A stretch of DNA of 64,000 bases from assembly GCA_017501245.1 (NCBI GenBank), contig JAFVXI010000026.1, positions 30,932-94,931 on the forward strand. Direction: 5' to 3'. Source of the DNA: Clostridia bacterium (GTDB lineage Bacteria; Bacillota; Clostridia; Oscillospirales; CAG-272). Under the pieces are notes generated by a model. That model was not told where the DNA came from. It saw only the letters and a list, made by a program, of their open reading frames with translations, and searched no databases. The position numbers and the translations under genes are program-made. Of the stretch, positions 53,875 to 63,999 are shown one piece after another (positions within the stretch are counted from its first letter, which is position 1; each line of letters begins with the position of its first letter).

Positions 53875-53945
53875 ACGGCTCGTCGCATCCGTCCGTGTCA
53901 CGAGCCGGATGCTCGTATTATTGGTACTCAAAGCAAATAAAAAAA

Positions 53946-53997
53946 AGACCCATCGGCTCCGCACGAAAAAGCTGTGCGGATCGATAGGGTCTTTTTA
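53946..53997. terminator. Bidirectional terminator between convergent genes
   Basis: A8 run, AGACCC(53946-53951) ... GGGTCT(53987-53992) with inner CCGCAC/GTGCGG pairing, then TTTTTATT. Confidence 0.7.
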
Positions 53998-53998
53998 T

Positions 53999-55855
53999 TC
54001 AGGCAACGTTAATGCCCTCGTCAAGCTCGGTCTTATAGTATCTTCCCGTCATATAGAAGAACAGCTCGTTGCTGATGTCGTCGAGCAGCCCGTCCTTGAA
54101 GGGAGATGAAAGCCCGGCCTCGCCAAGTGTTAAGAGGAAGGATTCCTCGCCGTCTCTGTATATGATCTTTTTATATGCACCAACTCCTGCGCCTTTCTCT
54201 TTATATTCTGAAAGGAATATCTCAAGAGACGGCACGATGGACGTCGCATATGACTGAACGTACATAGGGGCGATGAACATATGAGGGATGAGGACCGATG
54301 AGATGGAATATGTAGCAGTCGTTCCAAGCATCTCGCCTACGGTCTCGTTGACGAGCTGGTTAAGAGATGCCTCGTTTACGTTATCTTTTCCAAGCTCGTA
54401 AACGGCATGCTCGATCGCAGCATACATAGACTGGAAGATAAGCACCTCAAGAGCGTTCCTCATAGCGGTGTATTTAAGATATTTGAACACCGTTTTATTA
54501 GACACGTCTTTAGCATAGATAAGGCTAAGAAGCTCATAGCTCTGACTGCAGGTCTCGGCGATTTCGAGCGAAGAAGCCGAACTATTGTTTACATAATAGT
54601 CGATAAAGTGCCCAAACTCGTGTGCTATCGTGGCAAAATCATCAAGAGTGCCGGCAGTGGTAACGAAGATGAACGGCGACGTATTCGTATATAAATAGGT
54701 TGTAAAAGCATTGTCAAAGCGTGTCTCGCCGGCGGACTGGATATCGTAAAGCTTGTGCTGAAGCATATACGAGAATATCTCGCCAAACTCTCCATCGATG
54801 GTGCCCGAAAGGCCGTGAAGAGTGTTAATTATGGTGTTGTGCTGACGCTTTTGTGATTGTGCCGTCTGAAAATAGGGATTAAAATAGGAGAGCGAAAGCT
54901 CGTTATATACCGGTACGACGTACTCTGATATATCCTCGATAAAGGATCTGAGATCCTTCGAGGTGTAGTCGTAGCCAAGCGTGCCGTAGGCAAGCTCGGT
55001 ATAGCTGTCGTATCCGAAAGCATCCGCAAGCTCATATCTCACTTTAACGATGTCGATGTAGATATCCGTCATATACGCTCTCGACGCAAGATCGTTCAGG
55101 TTAGCAAGGTAAAAGGCGTAGTTAGGATAGCTCGAGATCCTGTCCACGTGATTCTGATATGTGTCGGTAACACCTAAAAAAGATAAGGTTAGGTCGGTAA
55201 AATCGGGATTTCTGTAGCAGCTCTCCAGCCTTGCCTCCTCCGTCATAAGAGCTACAACCTCGTCGGAATACCTTCCTCCGTCGGAATACTCGCTGATATC
55301 CGAGGTGAAGTATTCCTCCTCAAACCTATCCTTATGCACAGACTGTGCACACGCAACGAAAAGCTGCTCGATAGAGCGTGAGAATCGTGCGGAATTAGTG
55401 GACAGATATTCGTATTCCCCCGCCCAATAATCATTCGAGGTGTCCTTGTAGCTGTAGATCTCGGAGAGCGAATACATTGAGTAAAAGGTGTTGTATTTAA
55501 GCTCGAGGGAATTGATTACGGCGAGCTGCTCTTCAAAGGGAACTGTATTTTCATTAATCAGCGCGCAAGCCTCTTCAAACTCAGCGCAATATGCGTCAAT
55601 GTCAGGGCGCGAGTAATCGAGGGCGTAAAGCTCAAAGTCGCGTGTTCCCCTGCCGTAGTCCTTGTATTCGGGAACGATGATACCGTTCTTATCGTATTCG
55701 GGCTTATCCTCGTCATCCGGAGTGTCGGGATTTTCGGGGGGGATTACGTCACCATCGTCGGGGTCCTCGTTATCGGGTGTTGAGCATGCAGCCATTGAAA
55801 GAAGACAGGTGCATAGTAAAAGTAATATGAGAAATGCCGAGATCAGCCTTCGCAT
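53999..55855 (-). CDS. M3-family (oligoendopeptidase F-like) metallopeptidase with lipoprotein signal
   Basis: Lipobox LSMAAC. HEFGH zinc motif in TIAHEFGHFIDYY. The size and layout are PepF-like. Confidence 0.7.
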   Translation of the reverse strand: MRRLISAFLILLLLCTCLLSMAACSTPDNEDPDDGDVIPPENPDTPDDEDKPEYDKNGIIVPEYKDYGRGTRDFELYALDYSRPDIDAYCAEFEEACALINENTVPFEEQLAVINSLELKYNTFYSMYSLSEIYSYKDTSNDYWAGEYEYLSTNSARFSRSIEQLFVACAQSVHKDRFEEEYFTSDISEYSDGGRYSDEVVALMTEEARLESCYRNPDFTDLTLSFLGVTDTYQNHVDRISSYPNYAFYLANLNDLASRAYMTDIYIDIVKVRYELADAFGYDSYTELAYGTLGYDYTSKDLRSFIEDISEYVVPVYNELSLSYFNPYFQTAQSQKRQHNTIINTLHGLSGTIDGEFGEIFSYMLQHKLYDIQSAGETRFDNAFTTYLYTNTSPFIFVTTAGTLDDFATIAHEFGHFIDYYVNNSSASSLEIAETCSQSYELLSLIYAKDVSNKTVFKYLKYTAMRNALEVLIFQSMYAAIEHAVYELGKDNVNEASLNQLVNETVGEMLGTTATYSISSVLIPHMFIAPMYVQSYATSIVPSLEIFLSEYKEKGAGVGAYKKIIYRDGEESFLLTLGEAGLSSPFKDGLLDDISNELFFYMTGRYYKTELDEGINVA

Positions 55856-55981
55856 TAGTCCTCCTGTGCCGCCGGGCGGAATTAATATAGTATAATTATA
55901 ATATTTTTTGTAGGCTCAGTCATTATAAAATGTGATAATAATTTGTAAATAAAATGTAAAAGAGGTGGAAATAGCTGACGG

Positions 55982-56944
55982 TCAGATAAGCTCGCTTCGC
56001 CCAAGGCCTGCTGCGCCAATGATACCTGCGTCGTTTCCAAGTGCCGCACACATAACTTTGGTCTTGACGGATCCGCCGTGGGCGTACTGCTCCTTTTCTA
56101 CTATCAAAGATAGGGGGCGTGTCAGGTTTTCGCCCTCTCCGCTGATTCCACCACCTATAAGGATGAGCTCAGGCTGAAAGATATTTATTATGTTAGTGAT
56201 GCCCGTAGCCAGATAGGAAATATATTCGTCGACGAGCTTTATTGCCTCTGCGTCACCCTCTCTTGCGCATAAAAAGGGCGTCCTGGCGGAAAGCTTTTTA
56301 TATTCGCTCATTTTGGTATAGGTGCCGATGCCATCAAGCTCCGAAAGGCGCTCGCCAAGCATTCTCTTAAGTGCGCTCGCAGAGGAGTACTGCTCCCAGC
56401 AGCCTCGCCTGCCGCATGCGCAGGGGCGTCCTCCATGTACGATGACTGTGTGGCCAAGCTCTGTGCCCGCATCGTTTATACAGCCGGAAAAGATCCTTCC
56501 GTTCATGATTACGCCACCGCCAACGCCTGTTCCGAGCGTGATCATGATCAGCGATCCTGCGCCTCTGCCGGCACCCGCAAGAGCCTCGCCAAGCGCCGCA
56601 GCATTAGCGTCGTTAACGATCAGAACCTTTTCGATATTGATATACTTTTTGAAGGATTCACGGAGCTTTAAGCCCGAAAATGTCAAGTTTGGTGTGCATT
56701 CCACGACACCGTCCTTAGCATTTACTGCCCCGGGCACGGTTATCCCGACGTAATCTATATCGGACAGCTTCAGCCCGTTCCGCTCTATGATGGCAGCTGT
56801 GTTATCCGCCATGTCCTTCACGATGAGCTGAGGGTCTCGGCTCGCTCCCGTCCTGACGGATAGCTTGTCGATCATATTCAGCTCCACGTCACACAGTCCT
56901 ATCGCTATGTTCGTTCCTCCGAGATCGATTCCAATAGTATACAT
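55982..56944 (-). CDS. ROK-family sugar kinase (glucokinase-like)
   Basis: IGIDLGGTNIAIG, LGTGVGGGVI and GHTVIVHGGRPCACGRRGCWEQY (ROK Zn motif). Confidence 0.88.
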   Translation of the reverse strand: MYTIGIDLGGTNIAIGLCDVELNMIDKLSVRTGASRDPQLIVKDMADNTAAIIERNGLKLSDIDYVGITVPGAVNAKDGVVECTPNLTFSGLKLRESFKKYINIEKVLIVNDANAAALGEALAGAGRGAGSLIMITLGTGVGGGVIMNGRIFSGCINDAGTELGHTVIVHGGRPCACGRRGCWEQYSSASALKRMLGERLSELDGIGTYTKMSEYKKLSARTPFLCAREGDAEAIKLVDEYISYLATGITNIINIFQPELILIGGGISGEGENLTRPLSLIVEKEQYAHGGSVKTKVMCAALGNDAGIIGAAGLGRSELI

Positions 56945-57097
56945 CAGACGTCTCCTTGTGTTGATTTTTTAGAGTGTGATTTCCTTTTCTCAATTATAGC
57001 CTTATATCAATTCTTTGTCAAGCACAGCTTTTTGCCACGATGTTGTTTCCGTTCATAAAAAATTAACATAATTTAACGCCTTTTTTTCTCACACGTA

Positions 57098-57126
57098 TTG
57101 AAAAGAACACTAAAATGGTATACAAT
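57098..57126 (+). promoter_or_regulatory. SigA-type promoter of nifS-nifU(-mnmA)
   Basis: TTGAAA(57098-57103), 17 nt, TACAAT(57121-57126). Confidence 0.5.
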
Positions 57127-57175
57127 AATCACGGAAATAAAAAGTCAATTAATATAAAAGGAAGTAGAAAAAAGT

Positions 57176-58363
57176 ATGGCAAGATTTGTTTATGCCGACA
57201 ATGCCGCTACGACCGCCCCCTCTCCCGAGGTCATCAGTGCTATGTCCTCCGTGTTTGAAACCGCTTGGGGCAACCCCTCGAGCCAGCACAGCAAGGGTTA
57301 TGAGGCAAAGGAGCTTGTCGACGGCGCTAGAGCTAAGATCGCTAAGATCCTTGGCTGCTCGGCAAATGAGATATATTTTACCTCCTGCGGAACCGAGTCT
57401 GATAACTGGGCTATCAAGGGCGCCGCTTACAGGATGCGTAAAAAGGGAAGAGATCACATCGTAACGACTAAGATCGAGCACCACGCCGTTTTAAACACCT
57501 GTGCAGCGCTTGAGGCCGAGGGCTTCTCGGTGACTTACGTAGGCGTTGACGAGCAGGGAAGAGTTCTTCTTGATGAGCTTCGTGAGGCTGTTACCGAGCG
57601 CACGGCTCTCGTTTCCGTAATGTATGCAAACAACGAGATCGGAACGCTTCAGCCTATCGACGAGGTCGTAAGGATCGCACACGAAAAGGGTGCGCTCGCC
57701 TTCACCGATGCCGTTCAGGCTATCGGAAACGTTGAGATAAACGTAAAGGAGCTTGGCGTAGATATGCTCGCCCTCTCGGGTCATAAGATCCACGCCCCTA
57801 AGGGTATTGGGCTTCTCTACGTCCGTAAGGGGCTCTCGATCACCAACCTTATCGACGGTGGCGGTCAGGAGCGCAGACGCCGCGGAGGAACCGAAAACGT
57901 CGCATACATCGTAGCTCTCGCAAAGGCTCTTGAGATCGCAACAGAGCGCATCCCCGAGCTTGACCGTGTCAGAGCGATGAGAGACAGGCTTATCGAGGGA
58001 CTTTTGGCGATCCCTTATTCCAAGCTTAACGGTCATCCCACCGAGAGGCTTGCGGGAAACGTAAATATCGGCTTCGAGTGCATCGAGGGCGAGAGCATTT
58101 TGATGTGGCTTGATATGGCGGGCATCTGCGCCTCCACCGGCTCGGCTTGCTCCTCTGCATCTCTTGAGCCCTCACACGTCCTGCTCGCAATTGGCGTCCC
58201 TCACGAAAAGGCGCACGGCTCTATCCGTCTCTCGCTTTCGCACGAAAACACCGATGAGGACGTAGATTATATTTTAGAGACCCTTCCTCCTATCATCGAG
58301 AGGCTTCGCAAGATGAGCCCCCTGTGGGAGGAAATTGAAAGAAAAGAAAGACTTACTAAGTAA
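57176..58363 (+). CDS. nifS: Cysteine desulfurase (NifS type)
   Basis: YADNAATT, SGHKIHAPKGIGLLYV (PLP Lys) and GSACSS (active-site Cys) motifs. Confidence 0.92.
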   Translation: MARFVYADNAATTAPSPEVISAMSSVFETAWGNPSSQHSKGYEAKELVDGARAKIAKILGCSANEIYFTSCGTESDNWAIKGAAYRMRKKGRDHIVTTKIEHHAVLNTCAALEAEGFSVTYVGVDEQGRVLLDELREAVTERTALVSVMYANNEIGTLQPIDEVVRIAHEKGALAFTDAVQAIGNVEINVKELGVDMLALSGHKIHAPKGIGLLYVRKGLSITNLIDGGGQERRRRGGTENVAYIVALAKALEIATERIPELDRVRAMRDRLIEGLLAIPYSKLNGHPTERLAGNVNIGFECIEGESILMWLDMAGICASTGSACSSASLEPSHVLLAIGVPHEKAHGSIRLSLSHENTDEDVDYILETLPPIIERLRKMSPLWEEIERKERLTK

Positions 58364-58375
58364 AGGAAAACGGTT

Positions 58376-58798
58376 ATGCAGTATAGCGAAAAGGTAATGG
58401 ATCATTTCACAAATCCGAGAAACGTCGGTGAGATCGAGGATGCAAGCGGCGTTGGCGTCGTTGGAAACGCTAAGTGCGGAGATATTATGAAGATCTATCT
58501 TAAGATAGATGAGAACGATATTATTACAGATTGCAAGTTCAAGACCTTCGGCTGCGGTGCAGCTATTGCAACCTCCTCTATGGCAACCGAGCTTATCAAA
58601 GGTCACACCGTCAAGGAGGCTCTCGAGCTTACGAACAGCGTCGTCGTAGAGGCTCTCGAGGGGCTTCCTCCCGTCAAGGTCCACTGCTCGGTGCTTGCCG
58701 AGGAGGCGGTCAAGAATGCGATTGCCGATTACTACAACAAGATCGGTCGACCCATCGATTTTGAGGTCGTATCCGACGAGCACGAGGACGAGGACTGA
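58376..58798 (+). CDS. nifU: Fe-S cluster scaffold protein (NifU/IscU type)
   Basis: GNAKCGDIM, FKTFGCGAAIATSS and PPVKVHCSVLAE (three conserved Cys). Confidence 0.92.
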   Translation: MQYSEKVMDHFTNPRNVGEIEDASGVGVVGNAKCGDIMKIYLKIDENDIITDCKFKTFGCGAAIATSSMATELIKGHTVKEALELTNSVVVEALEGLPPVKVHCSVLAEEAVKNAIADYYNKIGRPIDFEVVSDEHEDED

Positions 58799-58814
58799 TC
58801 ACGGTCATCATTAC

Positions 58815-58844
58815 AGGGCTGCGCTATGCAGCCCTTTCATTTCT
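58815..58844 (+). terminator. Hairpin plus T-rich tract between nifU and mnmA (partial terminator?)
   Basis: AGGGCTGC(58815-58822), loop GCTAT, GCAGCCCT(58828-58835), then TTCATTTC. Confidence 0.45.
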
Positions 58845-58859
58845 CTATGAAAGGAGTGG

Positions 58860-59900
58860 ATGGCTTTTATGAAGATGATCGTTGGAATGAGCGGTGGAGT
58901 AGACAGCAGCTACACGGCCCGCAAGCTCCTCTCTGAGGGCAATGAGGTTATAGGCGCGTTCCTCGCAATGCACGGCTTCGCTGAGGCGGATGCAGCGCAA
59001 AATGCCGCAAGCAGAATAGGTATTGAGCTATACACTCTTGACTGTATGGAACGCTTTGACAGCGTAGTTAAAGCGAACTTTGTTGGTGAGTATCTTGCGG
59101 GCAGAACACCCAATCCTTGTATAATATGTAACCCGAATGTAAAGTTTAGTTCGCTTTTAGAACTATCTGACCGACTCGGAGCCGATAAAATCGCAACCGG
59201 GCACTACGCCCGTGTGATCACGACGGACAAGTATGGCACAGTGAAAAAGCTCATAGCGATGGCAAATGACCGCTCCAAGGATCAGAGCTATATGCTATAT
59301 CGCCTGACGCCCGAAATAATAGACAAGCTCTATCTGCCTCTCGGAGAGATGACTAAGTCTGAGGTAAGGGATGAGCTGACAAGGCTTGGCTTATCAGACC
59401 TTGATAAAAAGGATAGTCAGGAGATCTGCTTTATCCCCGATGACGATTACGTTTCGTATATTGAGTCTAAGGTGGGCAGATCGGAGGCGGGAAGCTTTAT
59501 AGATGAAGAGGGCAGAGTGCTTGGTCGGCATTCTGGAATAATTAATTATACGGTAGGTCAACGTAAGGGGCTTGGCATCTCGCTTGGCGAACGTATGTTT
59601 GTAACCGAGATAGACGCTAAGGCAAACACCGTCCGCCTCGGTAGACGCCCGACAGAGAGCGATCGCGTAGAGCTGTTCAATATGGTTATGCACGTTCCCG
59701 CCGAGGTTGTTGAAGGCTTGGATACACTGTCGGTTAAGCTTCGTTATGCACAAAGCACCGTTCCTTGCAGGATAAGATTTATGCAGGGGGGCAGAGCAGA
59801 GCTTATCCTCTCCGAGCCCGCAAGGTCGGTGACACCGGGGCAATCCGCAGTCGTTTACGATGGAGAGACTGTTGTTTGCGGCGGTATAATTTGTAAATAA
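58860..59900 (+). CDS. mnmA: tRNA 2-thiouridine(34) synthase
   Basis: VGMSGGVDSS PP-loop, NPCIICN, GADKIATGHYAR and KDQSYMLY motifs. The start is ATG at 58860 or 58869. Confidence 0.92.
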   Translation: MAFMKMIVGMSGGVDSSYTARKLLSEGNEVIGAFLAMHGFAEADAAQNAASRIGIELYTLDCMERFDSVVKANFVGEYLAGRTPNPCIICNPNVKFSSLLELSDRLGADKIATGHYARVITTDKYGTVKKLIAMANDRSKDQSYMLYRLTPEIIDKLYLPLGEMTKSEVRDELTRLGLSDLDKKDSQEICFIPDDDYVSYIESKVGRSEAGSFIDEEGRVLGRHSGIINYTVGQRKGLGISLGERMFVTEIDAKANTVRLGRRPTESDRVELFNMVMHVPAEVVEGLDTLSVKLRYAQSTVPCRIRFMQGGRAELILSEPARSVTPGQSAVVYDGETVVCGGIICK

Positions 59901-59924
59901 ATTGTTAACTTTGTACTTTTTCAA

Positions 59925-59981
59925 GGGCATAGCAAGTGTGAGAAAAGTATTGTTTCTCTCACAAGCTTTGCCCCTTTTTTT
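59925..59981 (+). terminator. Rho-independent terminator after mnmA
   Basis: Long imperfect hairpin GGGCA...TGTGAGA...TCTCACA...TGCCC followed by T7 (59975-59981). Confidence 0.75.
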
Positions 59982-60347
59982 GTTCCCAAAAAGCTCTCAG
60001 ACGGTGTAAAAACGGGATGTTTTATCGCCAAATCAGCCACCTGCGGAGCGTAGAAAAAAACGCTTTAATTTTATGCATAATATACAAAATACGACCTTGC
60101 ATACTATAAAAACCGACATAAAATCTGTTTTCCGGGTAAGGTAAACTAAATTTACATATCGAGTATCAAAATAATCAAAAAACTACCGAAAACCTTGAAA
60201 AAACCTAGTAAACATAAATTACATTTGGTTATTTTTGCGATCTTTGTTTTCTTTTGAGCGTAAATAAATGATTACATTAACCATAAAATGGAATTTCCAC
60301 TCTTCCTATTTCTAATTTTTGCGCACGCCCTGCGCCTTAAATCATTA

Positions 60348-60377
60348 TTGACTTTTTAAGGTAAAATATGTTATAAT
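60348..60377 (+). promoter_or_regulatory. SigA-type promoter of the giant SBP-like gene
   Basis: TTGACT(60348-60353), 18 nt, TATAAT(60372-60377) with TGt extended -10. The 5' UTR is about 130 nt and contains a long hairpin (60412-60457). Confidence 0.6.
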
Positions 60378-60510
60378 CCTTTGTGCATATAGGTTTTTAA
60401 ATAATTGTAATGTCATCATCTTGGCGCCTCAGTACGAGCACAGACGCCACGGTGATGCTATTGCAGTTTCCCGGAAACCTTAATTATCGCAAATTTTGGA
60501 GGATTCAGGA

Positions 60511-63500
60511 ATGAAGAACAAACTGTTTCAGAAAGTGTTGTGTTTGATCCTTTCTGTAACGCTTCTGCTCGGCTCAATGGGGCTTACGGTCTCCGCAACG
60601 TCCCTTAAGTATGATCCTAACGAGCGAAATCCCTACAAGGCTACCACCCTTGAGGAGATGCAGTCCCTCGTTGGAACGCTTCCTTACGCCGAGTACAGCG
60701 CAAACAACGCGGGTGTTAAGCCCGGTCCCTACGTCTTGAAGCTCGACGTTACTAACTTTACCGAGGCTACCAACAGCGAGATCAAGGTAGTTAAGGACAG
60801 CGAGGTTGTGTCGAACGCCATCACACAGGACGGCAGCAACTGGGTTGATTTTGATTACGATGCCAATGCGGGCAGCTCGATCTATCTGCCTTCTACCGGC
60901 TCGGTCACCTGGTCTTTAAAGGTAGGTGAGAACGCCGAGGGCATCTCCGAGGCAGGTCTCTATTACATAAAGATCGAGTATTTCAGCTGTATCACCCCCG
61001 AGAGCAGCGTCTCTCCCATCGAGCGTGGCTTCCTTATTAATGGAAAGATCCCCTTCTCCGAGGTCGCAAGCATCTCGCTTGACAAGACCTGGACGTTCGA
61101 TTATATCTCGTCTGAGACCACCGACGCTCCCGGCGAGCCCGATAGCTACGACGTGGACTATGTATGGGGCAACGGTCACGATTCATATCAGAAGATAGTT
61201 ACCTCCGTTGTGGACGGCAAGAAGACCGTTACGACCTACACCCTCTCGCAGGACATTATCGGAAACTCGATGTCTCCCGGAGCAGAGGCGACTCCCTCTT
61301 GGTCTACCTACTATCTCCAGGATGAGACGGGTTACCATTCCGGTAACTTTGCTTTCAATCTCATAGAGGGCGACCATCAGATCACCTTCCGCGCCGAGAG
61401 AGATCCCGTCATCATTAAGTCCATCGAGTTCGTTCCCGCTGAGAACGCTGAGGAGACTAAGAGCTACGAGGAATATCTCAAGGAGCACGAGTCCCTTGCC
61501 GACAAGGATGCGTCCTCCGGCGATATCATCTTCATCGAGGCGGAGTTCCCCGATGCAGTTTCCGACTCCTCCGTTTCTCCCTCCAATGATAATACCTCTC
61601 CCGTAAACTCTCCCGTAGTTTCGGGAACTCAGCTTTACAACGTTATCGGCGAGACCGGCTTCAGCTCCATCGGCCAGTGGGCTTCCTATAAGTTCAAGGT
61701 CACCGATTCCGGCTTCTATAATCTCGGTATGAGATTTAAACAGAGCGTCCTGCAGGGTATGTTCGTCTGCCGCACCCTCAAGCTTTCCGGCGGTGAGTAT
61801 GGCGAGGGCGGAACCGCAACCGTTCCCTTTGACGAGGCATACAACCTCAAGTTCGACTACAGTGATAACTGGCAGAGCAGCTACGTCACCGACGGTGAGC
61901 AGGTGTTCAGGTTCTACTTTGAGGAGGGCGTTGAATATACGATGTACCTTGAGTGCTCGCTCGGTACGTTAAAGGAATACATCCAGGCTGCAGAGAACGC
62001 ACTTTTAGAGGTCAACGCCGCTTACCTCCGTATTCTCCAGCTTACAGGAACCGACCCCGATGAAAACAGCGACAGCTACAACTTCATGGAGGTCATGCCC
62101 GACGTTCTTATCACCATTCTCGAGCAGGCGGTAGCCCTGGAGCAGGCGCATAAGAGCCTCAAGGAGATCTGCGGAACCAACGGTCAGCATATCGCAACTC
62201 TTGAAACCATTTACACCCTCTTCGATAAGGTCGGATCTAAAAACGGTGAGAACATCGCCGCAAACCTCTCGACCCTTAAGTCCTACCTCGGTACTCTCGG
62301 TACCTGGATCAACGATTCCAAGTCAAGCACGGTGATGGTCGACTCCATCGTCGTCGCTCCTATGAAGGTCGTTGACGGTGAGCTTAAGGAGGATGAGTCA
62401 AAGCTGCCAAGAGTTGAGGCAAACTTCTTTGAGTCCATCTGGTTTGAGATAGTTGCCTTCTTCTCCTCCTTCTTCATCGATTACGATAAGATGGGCGTTA
62501 CCGCCGAGATTGAAGAGAATATCGAGCATATCGACGTTTGGCTCGCATCCGGTAGAGACCAGTCGCAGATCTGGCGTACTATGATCGACGCTCAGGGCGG
62601 CTTCACCGATAAGACCGGTGTTTCGGTTGCTCTTAAGCTCGTCACGGGTGGCACGCTTCTGCCCTCGATCCTCTCGAGAAAGGGTCCCGACGTCTATCTC
62701 GGTCTCGGCTCCGCCGAGGTCATTAACTACGCTATTCGTGATGCCGTCCTCGGTGTAAACGGTCTTGAGCCCAGATTCACCGACGAGCAGAACGCTATCT
62801 TCACGACAGAGCGCTACACCTACAAGAATGCCGACGGTACGTTCGAGACGACTCTTACGCCTATCGATGGCAAGGAAGTTAGCTTCACAACTCTACCTTT
62901 TAATAAACTTATAGTTGATGAGTACGGCGAGGAGATATTCTCCAAGGCGGCTCTTGACACCGTTATGATCTCTCCCGGTATCGAAAAGGATGAGAACGGA
63001 AAGATCACGGCGCTTCCCGCAGTTTGTTACGGCCTTCCCAGGACGATGCAGTTTGCGATGATGTTCTACCGTATGGACGTTCTTGCAGACCTCGGCCAGG
63101 AGGTTCCCGAGTCCTGGGATGATCTGCTTTCGATCCTTCCCGTTCTCCAGGCAAACAACATGCAGATCGGCGTCAGCTACGTATCCGCACTTGACTTCAT
63201 GATCTATCAGGAAGGCGGAAACATGTGGAAGTACACCGACACCGACCGTTACGACGCCGCATATGCAGGCGCAGCGATCGACATCGATTCCGAGGTTGCT
63301 CTTGCGGCCTTCGACTTCACCTGCCGCCTTTACAGCGATTATTCCTTCCCCGTAAGCTACGATGCTGCTAACCGTTTCAGAACCGGTGAGATGCCCATCC
63401 TTATCGGCTCCTATGCAGACCTTTATAACCAGCTTGTCGTCTATGCGACCGAGATCGCCGGACTCTGGGAGTTCTGCTCGCTTCCCGGCTCTTACAGAGA

Positions 63501-63999
63501 GGAAACCGGTGAGTTCAACTATAACTCCCTCGCTCAGGTCACCGCAACTATTATTCTTAACGGCTGTGAAAGCAGAGGAAACCTTCTTCCCGCATGGCAG
63601 TTTATGCAGTGGGAGACTGCGGCAGAGCAGTCTGCCGAGTTCGGTAACAGAATAGTTGCTATCATGGGTCCCTCGGCTAAGTACGAGACGGCAAACCTTA
63701 ATGCGATCGACGACCTCTCCTGGACCGCCAGCGAGAAGGAGGCTATTATGAACCAGATGGATCATATGTCCTCTATCGTCAACTATCCCGGCTCTTACAT
63801 CATCTCCAGATACGTTTCCTTCGCATTCCTTGACGCAGTAAACAACGATGCAAACGCAATTGACGCAATGAGATCCTACATCGGCGCTATCAACTCCGAG
63901 ATCGAGCGTAAGCGTGCAGAGTTCGGCCTCTGGGTTCCCACCGAGGAAGAGCCTGTTCCGCCCGAGAAGGAAACCTACAAACCGCCCGTGCAGCAGTAA
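60511..63999 (+). CDS. Very large secreted protein: about 640-aa unknown N-terminal region, a hydrophobic segment, and a C-terminal family-1 extracellular solute-binding-like domain
   Basis: Signal peptide MKNKLFQKVLCLILSVTLLLGSMGLTVSA-TS (no lipobox). The C-terminal half (DVWLASGRDQSQIWRTMID...KGPDVYLG...) resembles sugar ABC SBPs. I prefer the ATG at 60511 (GGAGG 8 nt upstream). The stop is at 63997-63999. Confidence 0.75.
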   Translation: MKNKLFQKVLCLILSVTLLLGSMGLTVSATSLKYDPNERNPYKATTLEEMQSLVGTLPYAEYSANNAGVKPGPYVLKLDVTNFTEATNSEIKVVKDSEVVSNAITQDGSNWVDFDYDANAGSSIYLPSTGSVTWSLKVGENAEGISEAGLYYIKIEYFSCITPESSVSPIERGFLINGKIPFSEVASISLDKTWTFDYISSETTDAPGEPDSYDVDYVWGNGHDSYQKIVTSVVDGKKTVTTYTLSQDIIGNSMSPGAEATPSWSTYYLQDETGYHSGNFAFNLIEGDHQITFRAERDPVIIKSIEFVPAENAEETKSYEEYLKEHESLADKDASSGDIIFIEAEFPDAVSDSSVSPSNDNTSPVNSPVVSGTQLYNVIGETGFSSIGQWASYKFKVTDSGFYNLGMRFKQSVLQGMFVCRTLKLSGGEYGEGGTATVPFDEAYNLKFDYSDNWQSSYVTDGEQVFRFYFEEGVEYTMYLECSLGTLKEYIQAAENALLEVNAAYLRILQLTGTDPDENSDSYNFMEVMPDVLITILEQAVALEQAHKSLKEICGTNGQHIATLETIYTLFDKVGSKNGENIAANLSTLKSYLGTLGTWINDSKSSTVMVDSIVVAPMKVVDGELKEDESKLPRVEANFFESIWFEIVAFFSSFFIDYDKMGVTAEIEENIEHIDVWLASGRDQSQIWRTMIDAQGGFTDKTGVSVALKLVTGGTLLPSILSRKGPDVYLGLGSAEVINYAIRDAVLGVNGLEPRFTDEQNAIFTTERYTYKNADGTFETTLTPIDGKEVSFTTLPFNKLIVDEYGEEIFSKAALDTVMISPGIEKDENGKITALPAVCYGLPRTMQFAMMFYRMDVLADLGQEVPESWDDLLSILPVLQANNMQIGVSYVSALDFMIYQEGGNMWKYTDTDRYDAAYAGAAIDIDSEVALAAFDFTCRLYSDYSFPVSYDAANRFRTGEMPILIGSYADLYNQLVVYATEIAGLWEFCSLPGSYREETGEFNYNSLAQVTATIILNGCESRGNLLPAWQFMQWETAAEQSAEFGNRIVAIMGPSAKYETANLNAIDDLSWTASEKEAIMNQMDHMSSIVNYPGSYIISRYVSFAFLDAVNNDANAIDAMRSYIGAINSEIERKRAEFGLWVPTEEEPVPPEKETYKPPVQQ

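Noticed and set aside
60141-60224. Two similar 17-nt elements, GTAAACTAAATTTACAT (60141..60157) and GTAAACATAAATTACAT (60208..60224), each a partial palindrome, in the AT-rich spacer upstream of the giant SBP-like gene.
   Set aside because: They could be operators. However, in such AT-rich sequence this similarity may be chance, and they lie more than 120 bp upstream of the -35. The support is too weak to call.
60410-60514. A 34-codon upstream ORF whose TGA overlaps the ATG of the giant SBP-like gene (ATGA).
   Set aside because: There is no SD upstream of its ATG, and it lies across a long hairpin. It is probably fortuitous.
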